DNA of 64,000 bases from Solirubrobacteraceae bacterium (GCA_034665145.1 JAXDGI010000007.1:20356-84355); one strand, 5' to 3'; counted from the first letter of the stretch, positions 24,001 to 33,420 are shown. The notes: generated from the letters alone by a model not told the origin. Numbers and translations: made by a program.

Positions 24001-27000
24001 GACCGCTGGCCTGCAGCGTGTAGGAGTGGTCGGGCTCGACGACGAGGCCAAGGCCCGCGCCGCTGACGGTGAGCTGCGTCCCCGTGCTCGGACCGATCGC
24101 GACGAGCACGCCGGTGGCCCCGATGAGCAACTCTGTCGCCCCCGACGGCCCCGTCCCCGGACTCCTGGCCACGGCGAAGTTGCCGGCCAGCGAGAACCCG
24201 CCGACGGCGAGCGTCACGCCGGTGCCTGTGAGCGCGGCGGCCCCGGCCACGACCGGCGCCGTCGTCGCCCCGGCTTCAGGCAGGGTCACGTCAGAGCCCG
24301 TCGTGTTCAGCTCGGCGCGGAACGCGCCGGTGAAGCTCAGGTCGGAAACGTTGACGACGGTGGCGTCCCCCTCAGCGCGCATGGCGAACGTGCCGTTGGG
24401 CTCGAGCACGAAATGGGCGAAGGCGCCCGAGCCGCCGAGTTGGAGACCAACGTCCTGGGCCGAGCTGGACCCGCGCTGGCCGAGGAACAGAGACGCGCCC
24501 GTCACGTCGATCGTGGTCAGCTGGCTGGCCAGGTCGCGCGTGAAGGTGAAGGCCCCGGTCACATCGCCGAGTGGAGTCTGGAGCGTGGGCGAGCCCGTGG
24601 CCGTGAGGGTCGACACGGGGACGTCGGCGGACGGGGTCGTGAAGTGAGCGATCTGGCTGCTGCTTGTGTTGATGCTGATGCTGAGCGTGAGCGCGCCGTT
24701 CAAGCTCAGGGGCGCGAGCAGAGCGGGCAGCGCGCCCGAGACCGTGCCGGTCGCGGCGAACGTGCCATCGGCGTTGATCTGCGCGGCGGCCGAGACGGAG
24801 GTGCCGGTGATCGAAACGGCGATCGCCGAGCCCGAGCGCGAGAAGCTCAGCGCGCCGCTGAGATCGAGGAAGGCGGGGAGCTCGAGCGCCCCGTTGCCGG
24901 CGATCGAGAAGGACGGCGTGGCCGTGGTGGTGTCAAAGGCGACGGCGAGCGACGCGACGAGCGTGAGGCCCGGGACGCCCACCAGCCGGGCCGCCCCGGT
25001 CACCGAGCCGCTGGCGCCTGTTGTTCCCGTGGTGAGCGTCCCCACCGCGCCGGTCACCGTCACGGCGGCTGAGCCGGCGGCGATCTGGGCGCTCGCCCCG
25101 GTGGCCGCGACGGTGAAGGTCGCGCCCGAGACGGTGAGCGCGAACTGGCCGTTGAGGGCGCCCACGGCGCCCAGCGTGAGGGCGGCGGTGCCGCTCAGCG
25201 ACGTCCACGGGCCGGTCACTCCGGTGGGCTGGGCCATGGCCAGAACGACGGTTCCGGCCCCGGTGTCGATCGTCACCGGCGCGGCCGAGAGATCGCCGAG
25301 ACCGTCGTAGGCGGCGTGCCATCCGGTCCCGGTCAACGTGAGTGAGCCGGCGCCCGCGACGGCCACGTCACCGGTGGCAAGAACGGCGAATGTGGGACTC
25401 CCGCCCGCGTCGGGAGTGCGGGCGACCAGACCGAGGCTGGCGTTGCTCAGCGATGCCGTCGGGCCGCTGGTCCCGGCGGTGAGGGTCGCGCTGACGCCCG
25501 TCGCGCCGAGCGTGGTCTGCATCGTCGTGCCGTTGTCGGAGTAGGTGACCTTCAGGCTCGAAGCGCTGAGCGTCACGAAGTTGCGGATGCTGATGCTCGG
25601 CGAGGCCAGCGTGACGGTCAGGGTGCCGGCGGTCGCCGCCTGGCCGGCCAGCGTGTAGGTGCCGGTGACCGTCCCGAAGGTTGCGTTGAACGGTCCGCTC
25701 GTTCCGGTGTCGATACCCCCGCCGCTCGAGCTGATGGTCACCGTGCCGGCGAACCGGGTGTTGGCCCCGGTGCCGGTGATGCTGATGTTCGAGAAGCTCA
25801 GGGAGGGAGCGCCGAGCTCGAGCACCCCGCCGATCGTGAGGTCGCTGGGCGCGGTGATCGTCGTCGTTCCCGTGAGGGCGCCCGACACGTACTGGTTGAG
25901 CTCGGTCTGGACGAAGGCGAGCAGGTCGGAGAGCGGGCTGCTCGCGGTGAAGTAGGTGGAGAAATGCGGCAGCCCGGCGCTGACGATGCCGGTGCTCGGG
26001 TTATAGGCCGAGGTGATGGCGACGGGTGCGCCGGCCGGCGGGAGGTAGTAGATGCTGGGCGAGGCGGCGCCCTGGGCGACCGTGATGGACAGCTGAGGAG
26101 CGACCGCGAACTGCTCGATGAGGGCGCCGGTCACGGTGTCGACCGCGGTGAGGTCGTAGGCGGAGGACAGCGCGTTGAGCCCGGCCACGGAGACGGTGGA
26201 GACGGTCACACTGACCTCGGCGTCGTGCGGCAGGCTGCCGGGCGCGAAGGTCAGGGTGGCGTTGCCCGCACTGATCGAGCCGCCTTGCGCGGCCAGGATC
26301 AGAACAGGTCCATAGGTGACGGGGGGTCCTCGGGCGCCCAGCGTTCCCGAGTATGTGGCGCTCACACCTTGCAAGGCGCCGGCTGACGAGGTGGCTCCGA
26401 CGCCCGGTGGCGTCGCCGCGGTGGCCTGGGTCAGGTCACCGGCGCCCGCGGACGGGGCGGCCCCGGCGGCGCTGGGCACGATCCCGGCAACGGTGCTGGG
26501 AGCCGGCGCGCCGCTGCCCGCGGTGGGGCTGCCGGACACGGCGACGTTGGCGGCGGCGAGCAGGGCCGGGTCGGCGCCGCTGCCGTCAAGCGCGGTGGAG
26601 CCAGCGCCGGCGTTGCCGGTGGCCGCGCCGACAGCGCTCAGTCCGGCGGTGACGAACGTGCCGCCGGTGGTCGCGGCGGCGAGCTCGATGGCCGGCGCGC
26701 TGAGGGCGCCGGTCATGGCCGGAGCCGCGGTGGGCGCTTCGGTGGCGGCGATGGTGGCGACGGCGGCGCTGCTCTGCACGCCGGCGGTACCGCTGTAGGC
26801 GATGTTCGATGTGCCCGCGGGCTCCGCCGTCGAGCCGCCCGAGGCCCCCGAGCCGCTGCCGGTGATGGTGGCCGGCCGCGGAGTCACGCTCGCCGACGAC
26901 GAGCCGGCCGAGTTCGAGCTGTCCGTGCCGTTCGACCCGCCGGTGGTGCTCGAGCCGCTGCTGTCAGCGGGCGGGGCGCTCGGCGATTGTCCGCCGCCGC

Positions 27001-27307
27001 CCGTGGGCGACGAGCCCGAGCCCGACGGACTCGACGGACTCGACGGACTCGACGGCGAGGAGCCGGGCGGCACGGTGGCCACCTGCGGCGCGACGGTCGC
27101 GCTCGCCCCGCTGCTGTCGGCGCTGGTCGAGGCGCCGCTCTGGATCTGCTGATCGGTCGGGGAGGGCGGTGCGCTGATTTGCGAGGAGCTCGGGTCAGCC
27201 GGCGCGGCGGTACTCGTCGGACTGCTGGTGGAGACCGGAGTGCTGTCCGAGCTGGGGGTGGCCGCCGGTGTGTCGGTGGCGGCGGGCGTCGGGGCCGGGG
27301 TGGGGGT
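1..27307 (-). CDS. Giant repetitive surface/secreted protein (adhesin-like), at least 9,102 codons, 3' end outside the window
   Basis: The minus frame with codons ending at positions 2 mod 3 translates to coherent G/T/S/A/V-rich beta-type protein wherever I translated it. The ORF track has no minus-strand ORF terminating in this frame between 1 and 27307, which implies no internal stop. The long plus-strand ORFs in register with it are antisense shadows. Confidence 0.95.
645..1040 (-). repeat. RTX/hemolysin-type Ca-binding-like Gly-rich nonapeptide repeats
   Basis: GSAGNDVF, GGGGSNSI, GGSGQNII, YGGGGPDVIFGGNTSDTIHGGNGNETITG, GSGSNKVYL, TGGSGPDVLYI. Confidence 0.75.
3860..9600 (-). repeat. 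About 9 Ig-like repeats with (Y/W)(I/L/V)D(V/I)x(F/Y) and (Y/W/F)R(Y/F) motifs, in two blocks (9600-8870 and 6530-3860)
   Basis: DHIDIAY ~9550, GYLDISY ~9190, HYIDITY ~6515, NWIDVVF ~5805, TYLDVQV ~5125, GYIEITF ~4730, IWVDVTY ~4395, TWVDVAL ~4085, each followed by a YRY-like motif. The Ig fold is an inference. Confidence 0.7.
9900..25500 (-). repeat. Array of about 30-35 protein-level beta-rich repeats of ~115-125 aa, interrupted by the FG-GAP block
   Basis: Recurring landmarks LPAGP(Y/F)LR and GQTL(T/S)G(D/N)F; examples near 19540, 19170, 18810, 18470 and 18110 give a period of ~340-370 nt. The count is approximate. Confidence 0.85.
15365..16810 (-). repeat. FG-GAP/VCBS beta-propeller repeats (six clear, one degenerate)
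   Basis: DVNGDGFPD 16783, DINHDGLLD 16600, DLNGDGNSD 16222, DVNGDHLTD 16087, DVNGDGLPD 15736, DVNGDGLPD 15562, degenerate LTGSSQPD ~15395; most are followed by an (L/V)(Y/W)LN-type strand. Confidence 0.9.
25949..26290 (-). other. ZU5-like domain ending in an HFS autoproteolysis motif
   Basis: GGSISAGNATLTFAPGSLPHDAEVSVT...AYDLTAVD...IYYLPP...GIVSAGLPHFSTYF; HFS codons at 25966-25958. Confidence 0.75.
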
Positions 27308-28165
27308 CTAAGCCGTGCTGGGGGCCGGGGTCGGGGCCTCGGGCGGGGTGCCCCCGGGCACGGGCGCCGGCGCGGGTGACGGGCTGGAGGCCGAGCTCGG
27401 CGTGCTCGCCGGCTCGGCGCTCGAGGCGGCCGGGGCGAGGTGGGCGCGACTCAGGTGGCTGGTCGAGTTGGTCGCACTGGTCACGGTGGTGCCGGGGCCG
27501 CCGTTGACGGTCACAGTGGGAACCGGCGTGCCCGACGGCGCCGGCGCGCCCGCGCTCGGGGCGGGCACGACAACCGGCGGGGGAGGGGTCGGCAGTGGCG
27601 GCAGTGGCTGCGTGTTGACGACGATCGGCGCGGCCGAGAGGGCGTGAGCAAGTCCGCCGATCACACCCGAGGCGGTCGTCGGAGCGGTGCTCGTGGGGGC
27701 AGAAGTGAGCGAGTACGAGCTCCGCTGGACGGGGATCTGCTGGCGGGTCACCCGCCGTGCGCCGGTCTGGCGGACGAGGTGGCGGGTTCCGGCTGACGGG
27801 GTCAGGCGCCGGCTGGCCGATGCCGGGCGGCTCGCGCTCCCCGTCCCGCCGGCGCCTGCGCCGGCGCCGGCCTGGCTTGGACCAGACCGCCTCCGCGCGG
27901 CGTGTGCGGCCTTCGGCACGGCGAGCACGGGGAAGCGCACCGCCGGAAGCACGACGTTCGGCAGCGGGGTGACGACGTCGGGCGGGTTCAGAGCCGCCTT
28001 GGCCGAGGCGGTGGCCAGAGCCGCATACGGGAGGCAGAGGGCGAGCAGGCCAACGACCCCGAACCAGAAACGGTTGCGGCGGGAGGCGAGCACGCCGAAG
28101 CTCGGCGTACGGGCGGCGCCGGAGGTGGTCGCTCCGGCGTATGCGGGCATTCGAAGAATGTTCAT
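27308..28165 (-). CDS. Signal-peptide-bearing Pro/Ser/Thr/Ala-rich N-terminal segment, in frame with the giant ORF and ended by TAG at 27310-27308
   Basis: RRNR-FWFGVVGLLALCLPYAALA-TASAKA resembles a Sec signal or N-terminal anchor. In-frame ATGs occur at 28189, 28165 and 28150, so the start is uncertain. The low-complexity linker continues seamlessly past the TAG. Confidence 0.75.
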   Translation of the reverse strand: MNILRMPAYAGATTSGAARTPSFGVLASRRNRFWFGVVGLLALCLPYAALATASAKAALNPPDVVTPLPNVVLPAVRFPVLAVPKAAHAARRRSGPSQAGAGAGAGGTGSASRPASASRRLTPSAGTRHLVRQTGARRVTRQQIPVQRSSYSLTSAPTSTAPTTASGVIGGLAHALSAAPIVVNTQPLPPLPTPPPPVVVPAPSAGAPAPSGTPVPTVTVNGGPGTTVTSATNSTSHLSRAHLAPAASSAEPASTPSSASSPSPAPAPVPGGTPPEAPTPAPSTA

Positions 28166-28287
28166 TACGGCATCGTCGCCAGCCGGCATGGTGCCGGTCC
28201 AGGCGGCCCTACGGCGAGGCTTGGGCCCCCAAGCTTTGCCCCAACTGTCGAGAGGACGGTCCCTGCGCCCTCGCGACGACCCCGGCA

Positions 28288-28316
28288 AAGTGACAGAGCG
28301 CGTACCCCCCTGTCAA
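28288..28316 (-). promoter_or_regulatory. Putative sigma70-type promoter of the giant gene, with an overlapping inverted repeat
   Basis: Perfect TTGACA at 28316-28311; 18-nt spacer; CACTTT preceded by TG-N (extended -10-like). TGACAG-N13-CTGTCA palindrome spans 28315-28291. Confidence 0.45.
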
Positions 28317-28520
28317 TCCTTTAAGCGTGTCTAAACGAATGTTCTATTCGGTCCGGTCCCGGGACCGTCTCGCCTGCGTGGCTCGTCGCCGCCCCGCGCC
28401 CCTGCCGCCCGCGCCCACCGGAGCTCGCGAGCTCGAGGCCTATCCGGGCTCTACGCTGACCTCAACCTCTACCTTAGCCTCAGCTCGCGGTCCGGGCCAG
28501 CCAGCTTGCCGGGTCGGAGG

Positions 28521-28724
28521 TCAGGACCAGGGGGGCAGAGGCGCGGAGAAGCGCATGACACCCTCGTGCAGCGCGGCCTCATGCCACGGGTCGCGACGGA
28601 CCGGGGGCGGTGCCGGGGTGGGCGCGGTCTCGCGCATGAACTGTTCGAGGGCCGCCACCACGGCCGCAGCCTCCTCCGGGGAGGCGTCGGGAGCAATGAG
28701 CGCAAGCCGGGGCCGTCGGTTCAT
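28521..28724 (-). CDS. Acyl-CoA carboxylase epsilon subunit-like protein
   Basis: 67 aa, DASPEEAAAVVAALEQF...DPWHEAAL matches the actinobacterial epsilon-subunit pattern; a carboxyltransferase gene is nearby on the same strand. Confidence 0.75.
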   Translation of the reverse strand: MNRRPRLALIAPDASPEEAAAVVAALEQFMRETAPTPAPPPVRRDPWHEAALHEGVMRFSAPLPPWS

Positions 28725-28752
28725 GCCGGAGCGAGGGTACAGTGCGCGGCCG

Positions 28753-29700
28753 ATGCCGTCACTACCGGTTCTCGATCACGATGCCGTCCTCGCCGCGGTG
28801 TCCCCCGCCGCCGCCATCGCCGAGGTGCGGGAGGCCTTCCTGCGCTTTCGCGCCGGCGACTGGGTGATGCCGGCCAAGGTCTACTTGCCCAGCCCTCCCC
28901 ACGGTGACTTTCGCGCCATGCCGGCCCGCGGCGACGGCTTGGCCCTGCTCAAGTGGATCACCTCGTTCCCGGACAATCCGCGGCGCGGCTTGCTCACCGT
29001 CAACGGGATCATCTGCCTCTCCGATGCCGAGACCGGCCTGCCGCTCATGCTGCTCGACGCGCGCGCGGTCACGGCGCTGCGCACCGGCGCGGTGGCCGCC
29101 GTGGCCAGCGCCGCGCTGGCGGCCGCGGCGTCCGGCTCGGTGGGGCTGATCGGCTGCGGACTGCACGGCGCCTGGGCGGCTCGCTGTCTGGCCGAGGCGG
29201 GCTTCGGACCTGGGACGTGCGCGGACCCCGACGCGAACGCGGCGCGGCGCGTGGCCGATGAGCTGGGCTGGTCGGTCGGGACCGCGGCTGAGGCCCTGGC
29301 CGCCGATGTCGTTTGCTGCGTGACCCCGGGCAGCACCCCGCTGTTTCATTCTGGCGATCTGCGCCCGGGCCAGCACCTCAACATGCTCGGCGCCGATGGG
29401 CCCGGCAAGGCGGAGGCGACACCAGAGGCCGTCGCCGCCTGCCGCCTGTTCTGCGACGAATGGGAGCAGGCCTCACACGGGGGCGAGCTGACCGGAGCGA
29501 TCGAGGCCGGGCTCGTCCAGCGCGCTGATGTCGGCGAGCTCGGGGCGGTCCTGAGCGGCCAGGCCCCGGGGCGTGACGGTCCGACCGAGACGACGCTGTT
29601 CGACTCCACGGGTCTGGCCATCCAGGATCTGGCCGTCGCCGCGGCGGCCTACCGGGCCTGGCGCGATGGGGCAACGCGGGCCCAGACAGTAACGCTCTAG
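28753..29700 (+). CDS. Ornithine cyclodeaminase / mu-crystallin family protein
   Basis: DFRAMPA, TALRTGA, Rossmann IGCGLHG, FDSTGLAIQDLA. Confidence 0.9.
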   Translation: MPSLPVLDHDAVLAAVSPAAAIAEVREAFLRFRAGDWVMPAKVYLPSPPHGDFRAMPARGDGLALLKWITSFPDNPRRGLLTVNGIICLSDAETGLPLMLLDARAVTALRTGAVAAVASAALAAAASGSVGLIGCGLHGAWAARCLAEAGFGPGTCADPDANAARRVADELGWSVGTAAEALAADVVCCVTPGSTPLFHSGDLRPGQHLNMLGADGPGKAEATPEAVAACRLFCDEWEQASHGGELTGAIEAGLVQRADVGELGAVLSGQAPGRDGPTETTLFDSTGLAIQDLAVAAAAYRAWRDGATRAQTVTL

Positions 29701-29752
29701 CTGAGCCAGAGGGTCTGCCCTCACCGGGCTCGGGCACCCGACGCCGCGATGT

Positions 29753-31321
<1,569 letters not shown>

Positions 31322-31397
31322 GGGGCGGGCGAGTTTATAGGGCGCCGCGCGACGACGGTGGACGGCGGGGGTCTTTGTCACGCGCGCGCGAGTGACG

Positions 31398-31520
31398 CAG
31401 CGGACGCGCGCTGCCCCATGCGCACGGTGGCCCAGCGGACGCGCTCTGCCCCGTGCGCACGGTGGCCCACCGGACGCGCTCTGCCCCATGCGCACGGTGG
31501 CCCAGCGGACGCGCTCTGTG
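31398..31520. repeat. 35-bp tandem repeat, about 3.5 copies, intergenic
   Basis: CAGCGGACGCGCTCTGCCCCATGCGCACGGTGGCC units start at 31398, 31433, 31468 and 31503 (partial), with 1-2 substitutions each. Confidence 0.95.
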
Positions 31521-31571
31521 GCCCGTGCCCACGGGTCCCCGAGACCGCGGGTCTCATTTCTCACCCTCGAG

Positions 31572-32393
31572 CTAGGCGCGGGAGAACGGCCGGCGGTGGG
31601 GGGTGCCGAGGCTGTCCAGGGCATCGACCAAGGCCTCGAGCTCCGGAGCGCGGCTTTCCGCTGGCTCCGGCTCCACCCACGTCGATGTCTGCGGCTGGGG
31701 GTCGGCGTCGGGGTCGGGATCGGGCCTGGTCTCGATGGCGAGCGCCGGCCGGGGCGCGGGCTCGGACCCAGTGGCGGGCGACTCACCCTCGCCGGCCAGC
31801 TCGATCAGCGGATCTTCGTCACCGAGCGGGCCGGGCTCGGGCCGCGAGCCTCGCCGAAACCCGAAGAGACGGGCAAGGAAGCCCGGGCGGGCGGGTGCGG
31901 GCTCGGATTCGGTCCGCAGGGCCGGTTGTGCCGCCGTCTCTGGTTCGGCCGCCGCCTCTGGTTCGGCCGCCGCCTCTGGTTCGGCCGCCGCCTCTGGTTC
32001 TGGCGCCGTGGTCGGTGTGGCCACGGTCTCTGGTTCTGCCTCCGCCTCCGGTTCGGCCGGCGCTTCTGGTTCGGCCGGCGCCTCCGGTTCGGCCGCCGCC
32101 TCCGGTCCTGCAGCCATCTCCGTTCTCGCCGCCGCCTCCGGCTCCACGGCAGGTCCGGCCGCCTCAGCCGTTGCCGTCAGCACCACGCGGGTCCCCCATC
32201 CCGAGGGCTCGAGGGTCACCGTGCCGCGTACATCATCGCCCTCCCAGGCAACGGCGGTTTCCGGTTCGAGCCTGGTGATGCGGATCTCGCCAAAGGCGCC
32301 CAGGTGGCGGCTCAGCGACTCGCCGTCGCTGCATTCCGCCCACAGCTCGGGCGTGGATTTGACCAGGGTCCGGCTTGCCTCGTGCATCGTCAT
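31572..32393 (-). CDS. Hypothetical protein: SRPBCC-like N-terminus plus acidic (A)AEPE(A) tandem repeats
   Basis: [16 protein letters not shown]...[19 protein letters not shown]; 18-bp in-frame repeats at ~31934-32104. Confidence 0.7.
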   Translation of the reverse strand: MTMHEASRTLVKSTPELWAECSDGESLSRHLGAFGEIRITRLEPETAVAWEGDDVRGTVTLEPSGWGTRVVLTATAEAAGPAVEPEAAARTEMAAGPEAAAEPEAPAEPEAPAEPEAEAEPETVATPTTAPEPEAAAEPEAAAEPEAAAEPETAAQPALRTESEPAPARPGFLARLFGFRRGSRPEPGPLGDEDPLIELAGEGESPATGSEPAPRPALAIETRPDPDPDADPQPQTSTWVEPEPAESRAPELEALVDALDSLGTPHRRPFSRA

Positions 32394-32627
32394 GGGCAGA
32401 GGTTTCGCCCGGCGGCGGAGGACTCCTGCCCTCGCCGTCCGCCTGCAAGGGCCGGCCCGAAGAGGGTGGGGAGGAAAACCCAGCTATTGGAGTTTTGGCC
32501 AGCCGGCCCGTCGGGCCGCCTCGCACCAACCATCCGTCCAGACGCCCCCTGGATGACGGCTGGCAAGCCTTGACTATCGCCGTGCGACGGCGAACACTGG
32601 ATCGAAGGTAGGGGCGTCGGGCCGGTT

Positions 32628-32688
32628 CCGGCTCACCGCGTCCGAGTTCCGGTGGGGACCGGCTCACCGCGTCCGAGTTCCGGTGGGG
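32628..32688. repeat. 31-bp direct repeat, 2 copies
   Basis: CCGGCTCACCGCGTCCGAGTTCCGGTGGGG(A) at 32628 and 32659. Confidence 0.95.
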
Positions 32689-32743
32689 GCAGGGGCGGGT
32701 CTGTCCGGTCTGCCCGCGACGCACAACACACACAAGGAGTCCA

Positions 32744-33358
32744 ATGCCCTGGTTTCGTACTCACCGACCCAGCGCCGCGCTGGTCGTATCGATCATCGCG
32801 TTGATCGTCGCCCTGGGCGGCACCGCCTATGCCGGCGGGCTGGTAGGCAAGAACAGCGTCGGCACCAAGCAACTGCGCAAGAACGCCGTGACCACAGCCA
32901 AGATCCACAACGGCGCGATTACCGCCAAGAAGCTCAAGAAGGGGCTGCTCGTGCCCCACGCCCAGCGCGCCGATTTCGCCAACGGGGCCAGCGCGGCGTT
33001 CACCGCCGGACGCGCCTCCAGCGCGGACACAGCGGGCTCCGCCGGGGCGCTCACCGGCGTCAACGTGGTGAGAAGCGCGGCAACGATCAATCCCACCCGT
33101 CAGCAGACCTTCGTGCAAGCCAACTGTAAACCGGGTCAGTTCGTCGTCGGCGGTGGTGCCTGGACCGACGGGACCGTCAACGAGTCCGTCAACTCCTCGT
33201 GGCCGACACGGCAGGCGGCGACTGACACCGCTCCCGATGCCTGGGGTGTGTGGATGAACAACAACGAACCTAGTGACAACCTGGTCTACGCCTACGCGAT
33301 CTGCGTGTCCGGAGCGGTCGCGTCAAGCTACTCCGGTTTCCACGCCGTCCACAAGTAG
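32744..33358 (+). CDS. Secreted protein with short NAVTTAKI-like repeats and a Cys-paired C-terminal beta domain
   Basis: Signal RPSAALVVSIIALIVALGGTAYA; NSVGTKQLRKNAVTTAKIHNGAITAKKL; ANCKPGQFVVGGG...YAICV. Confidence 0.8.
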   Translation: MPWFRTHRPSAALVVSIIALIVALGGTAYAGGLVGKNSVGTKQLRKNAVTTAKIHNGAITAKKLKKGLLVPHAQRADFANGASAAFTAGRASSADTAGSAGALTGVNVVRSAATINPTRQQTFVQANCKPGQFVVGGGAWTDGTVNESVNSSWPTRQAATDTAPDAWGVWMNNNEPSDNLVYAYAICVSGAVASSYSGFHAVHK

Positions 33359-33369
33359 CCAGCATGCCC

Positions 33370-33420
33370 GGAACCTCCGTCTCAAAGTTGCAGATATGGC
33401 AACAAAGAGACGGAGGTTCC
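33370..33420. terminator. Long hairpin between convergent genes (terminator or REP-like element)
   Basis: Perfect 14-bp arms GGAACCTCCGTCTC / GAGACGGAGGTTCC enclosing an inner GTTGC/GCAAC stem. Confidence 0.55.

Noticed and set aside
863-26386. Long plus-strand ORFs (e.g. 2471-6112, 20381-22282, 16427-17686, 23840-25072)
   Set aside because: They are in exact antisense register with the giant minus-strand gene and have Arg/Gly/Asp-rich shadow composition with no recognisable domains.
27024-27052. 9-bp repeat GACGGACTC x3
   Set aside because: An in-frame SSP linker repeat; its length is a multiple of 3, so it cannot act as a phase-variation switch.
27308-27310. Selenocysteine or pyrrolysine recoding of the internal stop, given selA/selB nearby
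   Set aside because: Sec uses UGA and this stop is UAG; no pyl genes are present; the context is a low-complexity linker, not an active site.
28060-28090. Tat signal (SRRNRF) in the N-terminal segment
   Set aside because: It does not match S/T-R-R-x-F-L-K well, and a protein of this size is implausible as a folded Tat substrate.
28327-28752. N-terminal extension of the ocd ORF to 28327, and similar extensions of pccB (31786), oppD (45979) and ldt (53304)
   Set aside because: The extensions are low-complexity or overlap other genes; family-like sequence begins at the downstream starts used above.
31398-32688. CRISPR array interpretation of the 35-bp and 31-bp repeats
   Set aside because: The units are directly adjacent with no unique spacers, and there are no cas genes.
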